Source: Callorhinchus milii
Taxonomy: Eukaryota
DNA: 64,000 nucleotides
NCBI RefSeq assembly: GCF_018977255.1
Contig: NW_024704742.1
Span: forward strand, 4,652,001 to 4,716,000
Direction: 5' to 3'
In this document: positions 52,313 to 64,000 of the stretch, piece by piece
How positions within the stretch are numbered: the stretch's first letter is position 1
Layout of the letters: each line of letters begins with the position of its first letter
Translations under genes and position numbers: made by a program
Notes under the pieces: generated by a model
Databases searched by the model: none
What the model was told of the DNA's origin: nothing
What the model saw: only the letters and a program-made list of their open reading frames with translations

Positions 52313-52453
52313 CAGAGATAATTATTTTTCTGAGATAGCTCAGATCTATTTAAGCCAGTTTATGACAGTTTATTTTCTGTGTTTAAAATAACTCAAGTTG
52401 CTGCAAGCACAGAAATCTAAGTAAAATTGTCTAATGTTTTCTTTCCCCTCCAG

Positions 52454-52624
52454 ATGCTCCAAGCATGTTCTGTCCAACATCTCCCAGTTCCTTATGCTGC
52501 ATTCCCTCCACTTATCTCAAGTGATCCGTTTATATTACATCCTCCTCATCTGTCGCCACACCATCACCCCCATGTGCCTCCACCAGGCCAGTTTGTCCCT
52601 TTCCAGACACAGCAATCGCGATCG
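52454..52624 (+). CDS. RNF38: RNF38 coding exon D (MLQACSVQHLPVPYAAFPPLISSDPFILHPPHLSPHHHPHVPPPGQFVPFQTQQSRS)
   Basis: cccctccag|ATG, TCG|gtaagt; 171 nt, phase 0-0. Confidence 0.96.
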
Positions 52625-53643
52625 GTAAGTAATATTCGTATCATCAGTGACATTGTACAGTCTTGTAAAAGAAAATGCAAAACTTAATTGATAAGCTATG
52701 TTCTATAACCAACAGAGTTATCATTTATTAAGCTGAATGGTTGAAATTTTTAGTTTACATTTAGCTGCCATTTTTAGATTTGAATTGTTTTTGCTAGTTC
52801 TACAAGATCATTTAAATTGTATTACAAACAAAGGTTTCTTAATGGGTAAAGGAAATGCATTGAAGGAGACTTCAAGCACGATGTACTCCTGATACAATTC
52901 AAAATGTTCAAGGAACTTTTCTTGAATGAGAAAGTCAATGTAATGCTGACTTGCTTAATCAAAAACGTAATACACCTATTCTTGGTCCTGACTGGCTGGC
53001 TTCCTGTGCTAAAAAATCTCATCTAAGTCTAAGTTGGATGCAGTTGTCTGTATTGGCTTTCAATAGGAAACTAGAGAAACAGCTTAAGATTTAATTTGTA
53101 GGGGTATGGGGAGAAAGTGGATAAATAAAATTGAATTCAACCAGCGCAGATACAGTAGTCTGAATGCCCATCAATACTGTCAATTTCCATTATGCTTCAG
53201 TCTCTAGCAGAAGATGGGAGTTATTCTAATCTGAATCAATCTTTAGCCAAATATAACATCAGATAGGTACAGTGACAACTATTACAAAAGCCTTGCTTGG
53301 GATCTATAAAATCCCAACCCACCCCAACCTGTAATGAAGTGCAACACAGGAAAACTCCCATAAATCGCATAATTGTTCTAAGTTGTGCATGCACCTGAAT
53401 CCCGTTCAATTTCCTACCAAAAAACACTTAGATTTCTTTGCACTAGTCAACTAAATGGTAATGGTTTCTTGGTCCCAAGTACATCCTAAATCCCACACAA
53501 AACATCTGCTAACTCAAAATGCTGCTAACTCACTTACCAGCTGCATTGGTGTCCGCATGCGCAGTGCACTGAAACGAGTGCAGGAAACAAAAACCTTGAC
53601 CCGACACAGCACGCGCACTTAACGGCTGCAGTAATGAAGTAAG

Positions 53644-53794
53644 TACAGTGTACTCTCTTGAAACAATTTGAAATCGTCCGATTTAGTGCGAGAGTCTACA
53701 GGCGTGGGGGACTTGCATTTATATGCAAGGCTGCGCGCGTGCACAACGAATAGGGTCCACATTGCAGCCGCATTATAAACGAATCCACACTGTA
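53644..53794. mobile_element. Tc1/mariner (Tigger-like) MITE remnant
   Basis: TA-CAGTGT ... ACACTG-TA termini; CpG-rich interior. Confidence 0.45.
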
Positions 53795-54237
53795 AAGAAG
53801 CATGTTATAATGGACGTGACAATGAATCCAAACATGCACAAGAACACACGTACTTTATCGAGGAGAACTAAAAAGTCCTTGGTTGATTTTCACGGTTGAC
53901 TTATTTACCCGAGTCCAAAGAGATGGATGAAAAATTAACTTTCTTTAGGAAGTAGGAAAGTCTTTGACATCAGACCTGCGCTCACTCTCCAAATGAAAGC
54001 TGATGGTCAAGCTGCTAAAATAACGTTTGTTTTTTTGATCTTCGTGCACCAGAAACCTTCAGAAAAATTCTTTGTAAATGAATTATTTAAAGATGAGTCA
54101 CTGTCTGTAGGGTCGGTACATTTCAAATATCTCGATTTTTCCTCAATATTCAAAACTGCTGGCCCCAGAATGATGATTCTGTCGTGTTTGAAACATCTAC
54201 TTAAGTGAGCGATTTTTTTTTTTTTGTCCATCGCTTA

Positions 54238-54615
54238 TCTGACACATCTCGGTGTGTTTAAGAATAACCGTCAGGGTTATGCTGGAGTGTAACCAGCTAA
54301 GACCTTGCCATTGTCTTGCGAGCTTCCTTTTTGCTTGTCCAGCTCGCACCATCCTACCCGTTAGCTGCGGCTTGCAAGGTTAACAGCAGTCAAGTGGGAC
54401 GAATTACTGACCTCAGTGATTGCTAATTCTAGTGCATGCCTCTCCATAGTCTAGCAATGAGCCAAACTGGTTGGTCTGTCATCAACAGTGCCTTCGAGTA
54501 CTGTAGAATTGTCTGACTGTGGAACTACCGAGATCGCCGCAGAGGAGTGACTTAATTCCAAAATTCCATTTCCAGACATGTCACCTTGAAGCCTGAACTC
54601 CACCCTGAGGAGATC
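54238..54615 (-). repeat. Middle part of the unclassified repeat
   Basis: Reverse complement of ~29840-30190, e.g. taaccagcta, cttgccatt, gcgagcttcc, tgtcaccttg. Confidence 0.8.
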
Positions 54616-54714
54616 CTGCTTATGTCTCTCTTTCTCGCCCCCCCCCCCCCCCCCCCCACACACCTCCCACAAGTAGTGTAGAAATGTAGGAGGCGTCAAA
54701 ACTGTGGGTTTTTT

Positions 54715-54833
54715 TGTGTGCTCACGAAATATACAGTCGATTCACTTTACAGTATATTCCGTGAAGCGCTTTGAGACGTCTCAATGTCGCGATAGGGCTC
54801 TATATCAAATGCAAGGATTATTATTATTATTAT
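54715..54833 (+). mobile_element. SINE 3' tail fragment
   Basis: gtgaagcgctttgagacgtc...aaatgcaaggattattatt. Confidence 0.85.
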
Positions 54834-55264
54834 AATCAGGTGAGCAAACTGAGTCCAGACAGATGCAGAGTTTCATTAGCTCAGAGTTTCATTACTTGCG
54901 CTACAGTGGCTACCTCCCAGGTCGCTAGGTTGCCACTGACATGTCTTGAACGCTGCATATGCACAGCCCACAGGAATGACATCGGTTGAGATCTGGTGAC
55001 CCAGAAGCCGGCTGTTTTGTTTTCAGCATGGAAACCAGCTGGCACAGGGAGCAAGCTGGCACAGCTGGGATTTTATAAATCCACACCACCATTTCATAAC
55101 AGGGATTCACTGTTGTGTTTTTGACAAGCCTATAATCCTTTTACAAAAAAAAAACCCCTTCTCGCTTCCTATCCAACAACTTGCATTTATACAGCTCCCT
55201 GTTATGTAGCGTGGCATCTGGTGGAGCTTGGACCACCTATGTTCCCCTTGTTTAGAATTGTGTT

Positions 55265-55560
55265 CACAGATAGATTTTATCACATTTTCCAAACACTTCA
55301 GAATTTCCAAACTCCTCCAGCAAATCTACTCTCAGTTTTCTATTTTTAAGAGAGAAAAGACCCAGCCTTGAGGAATCATTGCCGGTCTCCAAATCCTTTA
55401 TAACAAAAATTATATAAAAAAATATTGATCCCACTACCGGTTCCTGTGATACACCACTGAAAACTCGCTCCGAGCCAGAGCTCACCATACACCACAACGC
55501 CTGTGTTTTAGGCTTGTGTGCCTCTCGATCTCTATTCAACCACTTCTTGACACATACATG
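55265..55560 (-). mobile_element. CR1 RT fragment
   Basis: SGVSQEPVVGSIFF and LGLFSLKNRKLRVDL remnants. Confidence 0.8.
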
Positions 55561-56296
55561 AAATGTGTCGTCAGAGCAGGTTTCTTGATGCAAGGAGAAA
55601 TTTGAAATGGCAGAGGTTCAATTCAGTAAATGAAAATAGAGTAACCTGCAAGGTAGCAATCCTTACTTTAGTATATATATCACTTAGATTGGGGAAGCAC
55701 TTCTATACAGAAAGTAATTTTCATTCCTAACCCACTCCACGCTAGTTTCTTCAAAATAAGTTTCAAATTCTGCAATTGACTACACCATTTTAAATTGGGT
55801 TTTATTTGCAGGGTGACATAGAGCAGGAAGATTACACATCAACTGCTGTAACTATCAAAAACCTGACACTTACATATTTTCCAGTTCAGCTGTTATCTCT
55901 TTTGAGTACTGATTTCCCTTCTTACTGCATAGCTGGACATGCATCAGGCACTAGATTCTAACACCTGAGCTAGAATGGACATAAATAAAAAATATGGATA
56001 GATTTTTTTAGTGATATGTACTTTAAAATTAGTCCAAGGTAAAAGGTCTCAGGAGGATTAAAATCAGGAAATTATACAAAACACATTTATTTAATCTTCT
56101 GTCAAACTTTATGTAATAATTTGTTTATTGTTTAAACCATAATCGTTTGTACTAAAGCTGTTTTTTATAATGACCTTAGAAGTAAGCTGGAGCTATTCCT
56201 GTTATTCCCTGTCTTTTTCCATCTGAAACTATGCTTGTCTTGAAAATGATAGTTATCCACACTCGCCTCCACTGTACTTTTACCTCTGTTCCTTCA

Positions 56297-56492
56297 TAAT
56301 AATAATAATAATAATAATAATCCTTGCATTTGATATAGCGCTTTTCACGTCGGGAGGACGTCCCAAAGCACTTCACAGAACACACTGTAAAGTGAATTGA
56401 CTGTATATTTGTGGGCGAACGCGGCAGCCAATTGCGCACAGCAATGTCCCACAAACGGTCATGGATTGAAAATGACCAATTTATTATTGTTT
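56297..56492 (-). mobile_element. Young SINE 3' half, short subfamily
   Basis: Near-identical to the 37533 and 44209 copies. Confidence 0.9.
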
Positions 56493-59400
56493 TGACTTGA
56501 ATTCACATCAGAACTCAAAAGATTACATCAACTGGCTGTATCTTCTGTATCTTCTGGCAAGAAAGTTGTACGAAAACATCTGACTTCCTTGTTTAAAAAA
56601 AACAGTCTTGTAATTTATCAATAAATCTCCTGTTTTTTTAAAAAAGATATTTTGTTACTTTCTAAATGTAAGAATATCAAGTGTTCTGAGACTGAGGCTG
56701 TTTGGGTGGTGGGGGGGGGGGTGTTTAAAAAATTGCAAAGTTCTAATTTTCATGGAAATTCAGACAGGTGAAGAGGCAACAATTTGTTATTGTGGACTCC
56801 CCATAGTGTTTAGAATTGGCGCTGAGTATCACATCAATGAATAAGCTGAAATACCTCAACATGAAAAAGTTTTACTATCATTGTGTGTGACACATACCAA
56901 AGAATTGTGTATGTCAATGTACATTACTTAGTTTCTATATATGACTGATTTGAGACTCCCAGAGATAGCTTCTGGGAGATAAGGTCTATGGATTGTAATC
57001 CTGGCTTTTAATGCCAGCATGATTCAACCCATTGCGATAGAAACTAAATGCATCTTGCAAAGAGGAACAACAACTAGCTGCACACTTAGTATTTTGCAGC
57101 ACTGACTCAGACACTTCGACCGTTCGGATGCTGTCCATTTGTATGAGCCAGCGAAGACGTTGGGAGTTTGAAGGAGTGCACTGCCGACTGCACTGTTTAG
57201 CCATAACCAGCGGAACCCACCTGGACACGAATGAAGTCGTTGCTTATGACTTCCAGAGAGCTGTAGGAACCTGTTAAGTTAGACGAGGACCAAAATAATG
57301 ATGGAACAGTCTGGTAGCATCTTTTCAGTAATGCTCTATCTTGGTATCCCTCGTGATTACGTCTTGGTTTAATCCCATGTCACTATACTGGAATTGTCTC
57401 CCAAGACACATTGAATGTAACCTACAATGCTCCCATGGTTCTGCATGTGAACCAATGCTTGTGATTACTCTCCAGCCTGCAGGCTTAAATATCAACTTTA
57501 ATAACTTAGCTGGGTTCTCTATATTCCACAATTTTTTTTTTTACTGAGTTGTTGGAATTATCGTCTGATCCGCTTCCGTTTCATTTTAAATCTCCAGTTT
57601 ACAGCATTTCCAATCTGTTTACTGGTGCATCAACTGTCATTTTTTACATAAGTTTTCAGGTTGTTCCTAATACCTTCTTTTCTTGAGTGTCCATCCTCAG
57701 TAGACAGCTCTCAACCCACCATTTCAGGTAAAAGGTGTTAACTAAAATAAGTCAACCTGCAGATTGATTTAATAATAATCTAATAATCCTTGAATTTGAT
57801 ATAGCCCATTATCATGTCGTTGAGATGTTTTCAAAGAGCTTCACAGAATATATTGAAACGTGAATTGACTGTAGTTTGTGGGTGAAATGGGGCATTTTCA
57901 GAATTTTCCGTTTTCAGATTCCAGTATTCATTTTCTTTTATTTCTCCACTTGTATGTCTGCTTATTAAGAGCATCCGTAACAACTAATTAAAAATGAAGC
58001 CAAATGAGCACACCAATTCTGCAACTGGGGTAGCATTTAAAAGGGAATTTGATCAACACTTGAAGATGACAATGCTATACAAAATAACAAATAATAACAC
58101 ATAATACACAAAACAAATCATTTGTAATACAAAAAATATATGAATTTATTGACAAATAATGTGCCAAATGTGAGTCCTTCCAGATCTTTTCACCATCTAT
58201 GACTACTGTGTGTGTGTATATGTATTTAACATATATAATATATATATATTGTTTCTCTATTTGCTTTGCTTCCAGTAGTACTGATTTACTTGGTTAAATT
58301 GGCGAGGATGACTTTACTCGGGGGGATCTGAGATACTGATATAGTCGAGGCTGGTTCTATCTCAACAATTTTACTTGACTTTCATTGGGATGCAGCATAT
58401 TTAACTTGAGTTCATTCCTGTTTATTTACCTTCAGTTCAGTACCTGCGTTTGGACTTTGAGCAGCCAGGAAATATTGGTAGTTTTAGTTTGAGCGCAGAC
58501 ACTGCAGTAAAAAGAACATCCTAAAAGAAGGAAGGGAGGAAGAGATATTTTTTACTTAGATGTCCTGTTATGCCAATACTGTAGATAAGTGAGTTAGAGG
58601 GCCCAATGGATCAACTGACAACTGCTCTGTATAACATTTTTAACCTAATTGCCCAAGTGGAAACCATGTCAAATGTTCGTGTCAAATTTTCACAACGCCA
58701 AAATATTTTCATTCTTAGTTTCACAATACTTTATTTATAGAACCATAGAACTTTATGGGATTGAAGAAGGCCATTCGGCCTACAGTGTCTGTGCCAGCTC
58801 CTCTGAGCAATCCTTTTAGTCCCACTTACCTTCCCTTTCCCCATAACCCTGTAGCTCATTCTTTTTAAGCTTTCTGTCTAGTTTCCTCGTAAACGTCCTG
58901 GAATATAACTGCTACTTCCATAAATAAAGCAAATATGAACAGAGAGCACGATATATATTTCTGCTACCTAATCGCATTGCTTAAGAGAACTGCATAGAGT
59001 GACATGGTAGGGAAACAGGCAGTTTGACCAACTAGTCTGTGTCGGTGTTAAAACTTCAAACAAGCCCCACCTCTTCTATTCCCTTCTCCCTCATCTGCCT
59101 CCTATCTCTCTATTGCCTACGAATGCATTGGTGGATTACACCAAATCAAGGCAAGGTCTACAAGTTCATAATGGCACAGTGAATTAAATATTTAATGTTG
59201 TTTAAGAGCATGGCCAGCTTTTTAATAGCATTAAAAATAGTCCTTAATTTTTTTTATTTATCTGTCCCAAGAACTTTTAATGGGCCATTTTCGAATGGAG
59301 CTTGAATCAATTCACAGCCTGTGTTTCCACTGTGGTGGTTCAGATCCATGTGTTCCCGAAACCATCTTAGGGCCCTGTTGCAGTTTATTTTGTTCAACCT

Positions 59401-59607
59401 CAATTTATAACCTCAGATAGCACCGTGGAAATTGGATACAAAAATACTGATTTTGACTAAAATCTTTGAAAAACGGAACAATTCCAAAAAAACATGGACA
59501 GGGAGCAAGATGTATTTTTTTTTAGCTCTGAGGGTGAGAAATGCTACTTACTGAGTGTACTGGCCAAAGAAATTATGTTTAATGAATTCTGTCATTTTTT
59601 TTGCCAG

Positions 59608-59769
59608 CCTTTACAAAGGATAGAGAATGAAGTGGAGTTATTGGGGGAGCATCTCCCTGTTGGAGGTTTTACCTACCCTCCGTCACCACACCCTCCAACT
59701 CTGCCTCCATCTGGCCCACTCCAGTTCCTACCACATGATGCTCTTCACCAAGAGCTGCCCTTTGGAGTA
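59608..59769 (+). CDS. RNF38: RNF38 coding exon E (PLQRIENEVELLGEHLPVGGFTYPPSPHPPTLPPSGPLQFLPHDALHQELPFGV); gene continues beyond the window
   Basis: tttttttgccag|CCT, GTA|gtgagt; 162 nt, phase 0-0. Confidence 0.96.
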
Positions 59770-61169
59770 GTGAGTATTCAACTGCTTCTATGTCTTATTT
59801 GTTTATGATATTTGATTGTTATTACAAAGCATGTTCAAGGCAGAAGTGGAGTTGTCCACGGCAAGAACAAAGACTCGACAAATGAGTCAGGTGTAATGTT
59901 TATTTTAAATTATTGTTTTGCACTATGAGAGGGATTATTGGCCAAATGCCTTTCATACCTTAAGTACTGTTCCTGCTTCTTTCTATTCCACTCTCCACAA
60001 TTTGCCACATGAGAGTTGTTTATGAGTGGAATTGACAAAAAGGCCAGCACATTTGTGAGGTTCTGCAGCAGGGACTGATTTTGACTGCTGTTCGTTCCAA
60101 GAAAACTCCTAGTGCTTGCGGTTAATGTACTACAATTATCCAGACAATGTTATTTCAACTGCCAGTGTAGACTTCAAACATGTGTTTTGGACTATGTAGA
60201 GCAGTTAGGAAATAATACCAATTCTGCTGAACAAGTACTGATCTTATGTAGTTTTGCTCTTCTTACAAATGTCGAATAAGGGCACGTTTGAAGAGATTAT
60301 CAACAGCTTTTGCTAGAAAATCTATTTGGAAACGTTCTTACTCAAAATGATGCGTTCAGATCCAATTTACAGATTAATTTGGTGGCTTCCATTTTGAAAG
60401 TGAGACTAAAGTTATGCTAAATTTCTTTCCGATCTGATAGTAAGCTGTGTCAATCATTCTAACCTTTAAATTGCGTATTTATGACGTGCACAAATTACAT
60501 ATAGATAAAATTTTATTTGGGAATCTTTGAAAATATGGTGTGTTCCCGTTAAAGTAGGAATCTGCCATTGTACTTCAAGGTGATTGTAAGAGAAAAGCTA
60601 GTTGAATGGAATTGATTATGTATCATGCTGCATTCAGACTACTTGGATTATCTTGACTGAAAATGGTCGTAAACATTTAAATTAAGAAAACATTAACACT
60701 TATTTAAAAAGTTCCAATTTACAAATAGTCCATTGTTTGCACACAAAAATGCTTCGCAGTCTTTAGAAAATGTAGTTAAAATTAGTTGCATAGAATTTTA
60801 ATATGGAATATCTTAGAAAAGGTTGCAATCCTCTTATTAATTTTCCTCTGTATTTCTTAAGATTGGTCCATTATCTTCTGGGTGAAAGTTACTGGGACAG
60901 TGTCCATCGAGGAGTTCTATACTCCATTCCCAGAATGCATAAAAGCCATCCCCAAGGACCAGTCCTCAGTTCCTTTTTCCCCTGTTGTTCTGCTCACTGA
61001 GCATTTCTACTCAATTGTCTCAGCTGCCCACTATAGAAGAAGAAGCTTATATACTGGAAGTCAGCAAAAGATTTGTCAAGTGCAGGATTTCACAAGATCA
61101 TGAGAGGTTTCAATGAAGTTGAAGGCCCTTCATTCCATTTGCTCTCATCCTTCCAGAATGCCCAACTTC

Positions 61170-61680
61170 CATCTTACCATTACTGTCTCAGATGTTTCTT
61201 ACAGTACAGGCTTCAAGCACCCTTCCTGGCAACTTAGTCCAGTTGTTAATTACTCTTTGTGTAAATAAAGAATTCCTGATGTTAGTCCTGAAATTGAGCT
61301 TTACAACCGTCGACCTGTTGCCTCTTGTCTTTGCTGCATTGGTTTGTCTAGAAGTACTGTTCTGGGTTTGATTTTTCAATCCCATTTAGCATCTTGCTGA
61401 GATTTTTCTTTACAAGGCTGAAAACCCTTGCTTATCTTACGGTTCTTCATAATTCACCTCTCTATCATTGGAGATCATCCTCATTGCTCTGTATTGCCTC
61501 TAGCACCTGGGCAGACCCCTATGTCGTGGCAACCAGAACTGAACGCAGAACTCGATGTGCAGACAGACCACCACACTGTACAGCTTGAAAATGACTTCTG
61601 AGGACCTGAACTTAACTGATTTAGCAACATAGCCTAGCATCCATTTGTCTTGTTAATTGCCAGCTCATGTTATTTTGAGA
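61170..61680 (-). mobile_element. CR1 3' fragment
   Basis: FRTNIRNSLFTQRVINNWTKLPGRVLEA. Confidence 0.82.
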
Positions 61681-64000
61681 TAGACCAGAATGATTCAAAT
61701 AACTGGGTTTATTTCAGCTCCCACTGTAGCAAGTTCTATCACATCCACGTGCCTCCTGTTTTGCTTCCTCTGTGCAGGAACCTTGCGCTTATCTCTATTG
61801 AATTGTCAGCACGGGATCATTTATTTTAAGAATATAGAGTATTCATCATTGTCAACACGGGATGAATTATTTTAAGCACATAGCTAAAGGGCACAAGTTT
61901 TGCATGACTTGAAAGAAAACTTCACACCCAAGCAATTATTCCACACCCAAAAAATCACTTAGGCGGCTCATGTTATCTTATGGTACTGAAGCATCTGCAC
62001 CAGAATACTCTGAGGAAGAGCACATATTAATTACATCAGGCGATCTCCAATAAGTTTGCTTTCCCTAACCAGAGCTTATAGTTTAAGTGATCTGTTAATC
62101 AGTGCCATTGCACTGGTTGATATATCAGGGCTGGAGATACTAGTAGGAGTTGTAAACAGAATCCTCTACATTCAAAGAATGTAGACCACATAATGATAGA
62201 ATGAGCTCTGGGTTAGCCCTGGACAGCAATATGCCAGCTCATGATTTGAAATACTTGATTATGCATTCAGTGTCGGCAGATAACATGGTTGGTTGACGTA
62301 GCTGTTTTAAATAAAGCTGTATATATAGGGCTTGGTTTTGGCCATGACTTCTGACAGCTTATTGAGTCTGATCTTGAGAACTTTTAGTGCTGCTGTCTCC
62401 ATTGTGCAAACTCTGCCTTAAATGGTTTAGCTAATGTACTGATTTCTCATAGATCTTGCTGGCTCAGTTTCTTAAGTTTTGTGCTTCAGAAAGGAGGATA
62501 GGGATACAACGCCTTCCAAAATTCATGTCTCAACGTCCTGGGCAGATGTCTTTTGACAAGTTTAATGCTTGTTAGATAGCATTAAGTTTGGTGATGTGGT
62601 GCAGAAATTCTTCCCATCAAAACAATCCTCGGAGATCAAACATAGTTTGTACTACAACATGGCTTTAGAGGTTTGGCATGCTTCACTAGCCAGTATCACA
62701 AGTTACTCTGTGTTCATGCTTTGACTTGGCGTTGTAGTATGGTTTTTCAAAGATGCTCATTTCAGCATATTAGTCTTTAAAGCAGACTTTAAATTGCAAG
62801 ATGTCATCTAAATATTTTGGCACTGCAGTGACCTTGTCCTAAGGTGTATAAAGCCTAAACAAGTAGAAAATAAATTTAAGGTTACAGGTTGTTATTTTTT
62901 CTCTCTGAGCAAAGTACTGTTCATCATATTTTTCTCTATACCTCACTCCTATCCTCTTCCACACTGTTTGAGCTCTTATTTGGAGGGTTTATAAATTAGT
63001 ATTTTTGAAATTGTTCCCTTCTCTATATAATCTAAATGTCTGTGGTATTTCCTCTGTCTGAAAGAACTGAGGACTAGTCTTAAGAGTGAGTTTATATGCA
63101 ATGCAATATGTGAGGGGTAGGAGCTTACATAACATTGGGCCTATCATACAGTATATATGTTGGAGGGTATACGTTGAAAGAATGAGGACACTTCACCAAA
63201 GGTAGGTAACCTTTAGTTCTCATGTTTAGGTTTCCATTCATTATTGTGGGACAGTTTCATAAAGCTCAAAAGTTGTGATGGGGTAGAAAAGTAAATCATG
63301 TAATGAAAAACCTTTTAACTTTTAAATTTAAACTTTAAAAAATGTTTACATTTGCTTTATATTGTTAAATAATTTCATAAGCTAACTTTACTTCAAAATA
63401 TCTGTTTACCTAATGTCTTGAACTCGGGAAGTGTCATTAACTTCCATGTAATACACTCCACAAAACAAATGAAACATTGGGGATACTAAATGTTGATTTT
63501 TTTTCTCTGAATGAAGTCCTTTTTCTCTTTTTCGAAGCATCTTCCAAACTTTTAATTTTATCTCATTTGTGCATGCGCAGTGTCAGAATTTTTTTTAATT
63601 TACAAGCACGCTCCATACATTGGTCCTTGCAAGATGGGTATTGACACCTCCTGTAAGAACTGTGCCCAACACTGGTAACTCAGTTCTTTTCTCCCATCTG
63701 ACAGTACTCGTTGGGTGTGTTACTCCTTGAATCTGTTGGGTTTTCACTGGAAGACTCCTTGCTGGTAGGCCAGTTCATTTTGTTACTATATGTCCAAAAC
63801 TCTTGACTTTACTGTGTTTTCCAAAAGAAAATTTAGAACTAGTCTTATTAAAAAAAAATTTATTGGTTATCTTTTTTGTCCCTTTCTAGGAAATGTCTGA
63901 TGGTTTCCATTTTAACCCTACTGTTGCTCAAATCTCCCAGTGTATGGTTTGGCTGGGGGTTTGGTTTGCATCTCTGATATCTGTACAGGGTTGAACTTGA

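Noticed and set aside
63865..63900. Strong acceptor-like site (cttttttgtccctttctag|G) as next RNF38 exon
   Set aside because: Downstream sequence does not encode the expected PYPPFMPRR-type peptide.

Overview
Vertebrate nuclear DNA. The repeat content (Deu-domain tRNA-SINEs with (ATT)n tails, L2 and CR1 LINEs, shark-type Penelope-like palindromes) points to a cartilaginous fish, possibly a chimaera; this is an inference. The window holds the 5' two-thirds of RNF38 (RING-finger E3 ligase) on the + strand: a CpG-island promoter at ~3.6-5.45 kb, a ~37 kb upstream intronic region, and five coding exons (41586-41779, 45977-46190, 50296-50463, 52454-52624, 59608-59769). All five have canonical AG/GT boundaries and splice into one open frame; the RING-domain exons lie beyond the window. 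The rest is intron with many retroposon fragments. Most ORFs in the supplied track are repeat-derived or spurious. Best leads: (1) a decayed tandem copy of the [10 protein letters not shown] exon, with mostly synonymous or conservative changes, just upstream of the next exon; (2) two minimal hammerhead-ribozyme cores in Penelope-like repeats; (3) a candidate 53-nt exon that would open an N-terminal frame from the CpG island, plus a uORF; (4) an unclassified ~750-bp repeat family with at least 7 copies; (5) LF-SINE-like and AmnSINE2-like elements. I cannot support a wholly new biological system from sequence alone. Repeat boundaries are approximate, and family names come from recalled consensus sequences, not a database search.
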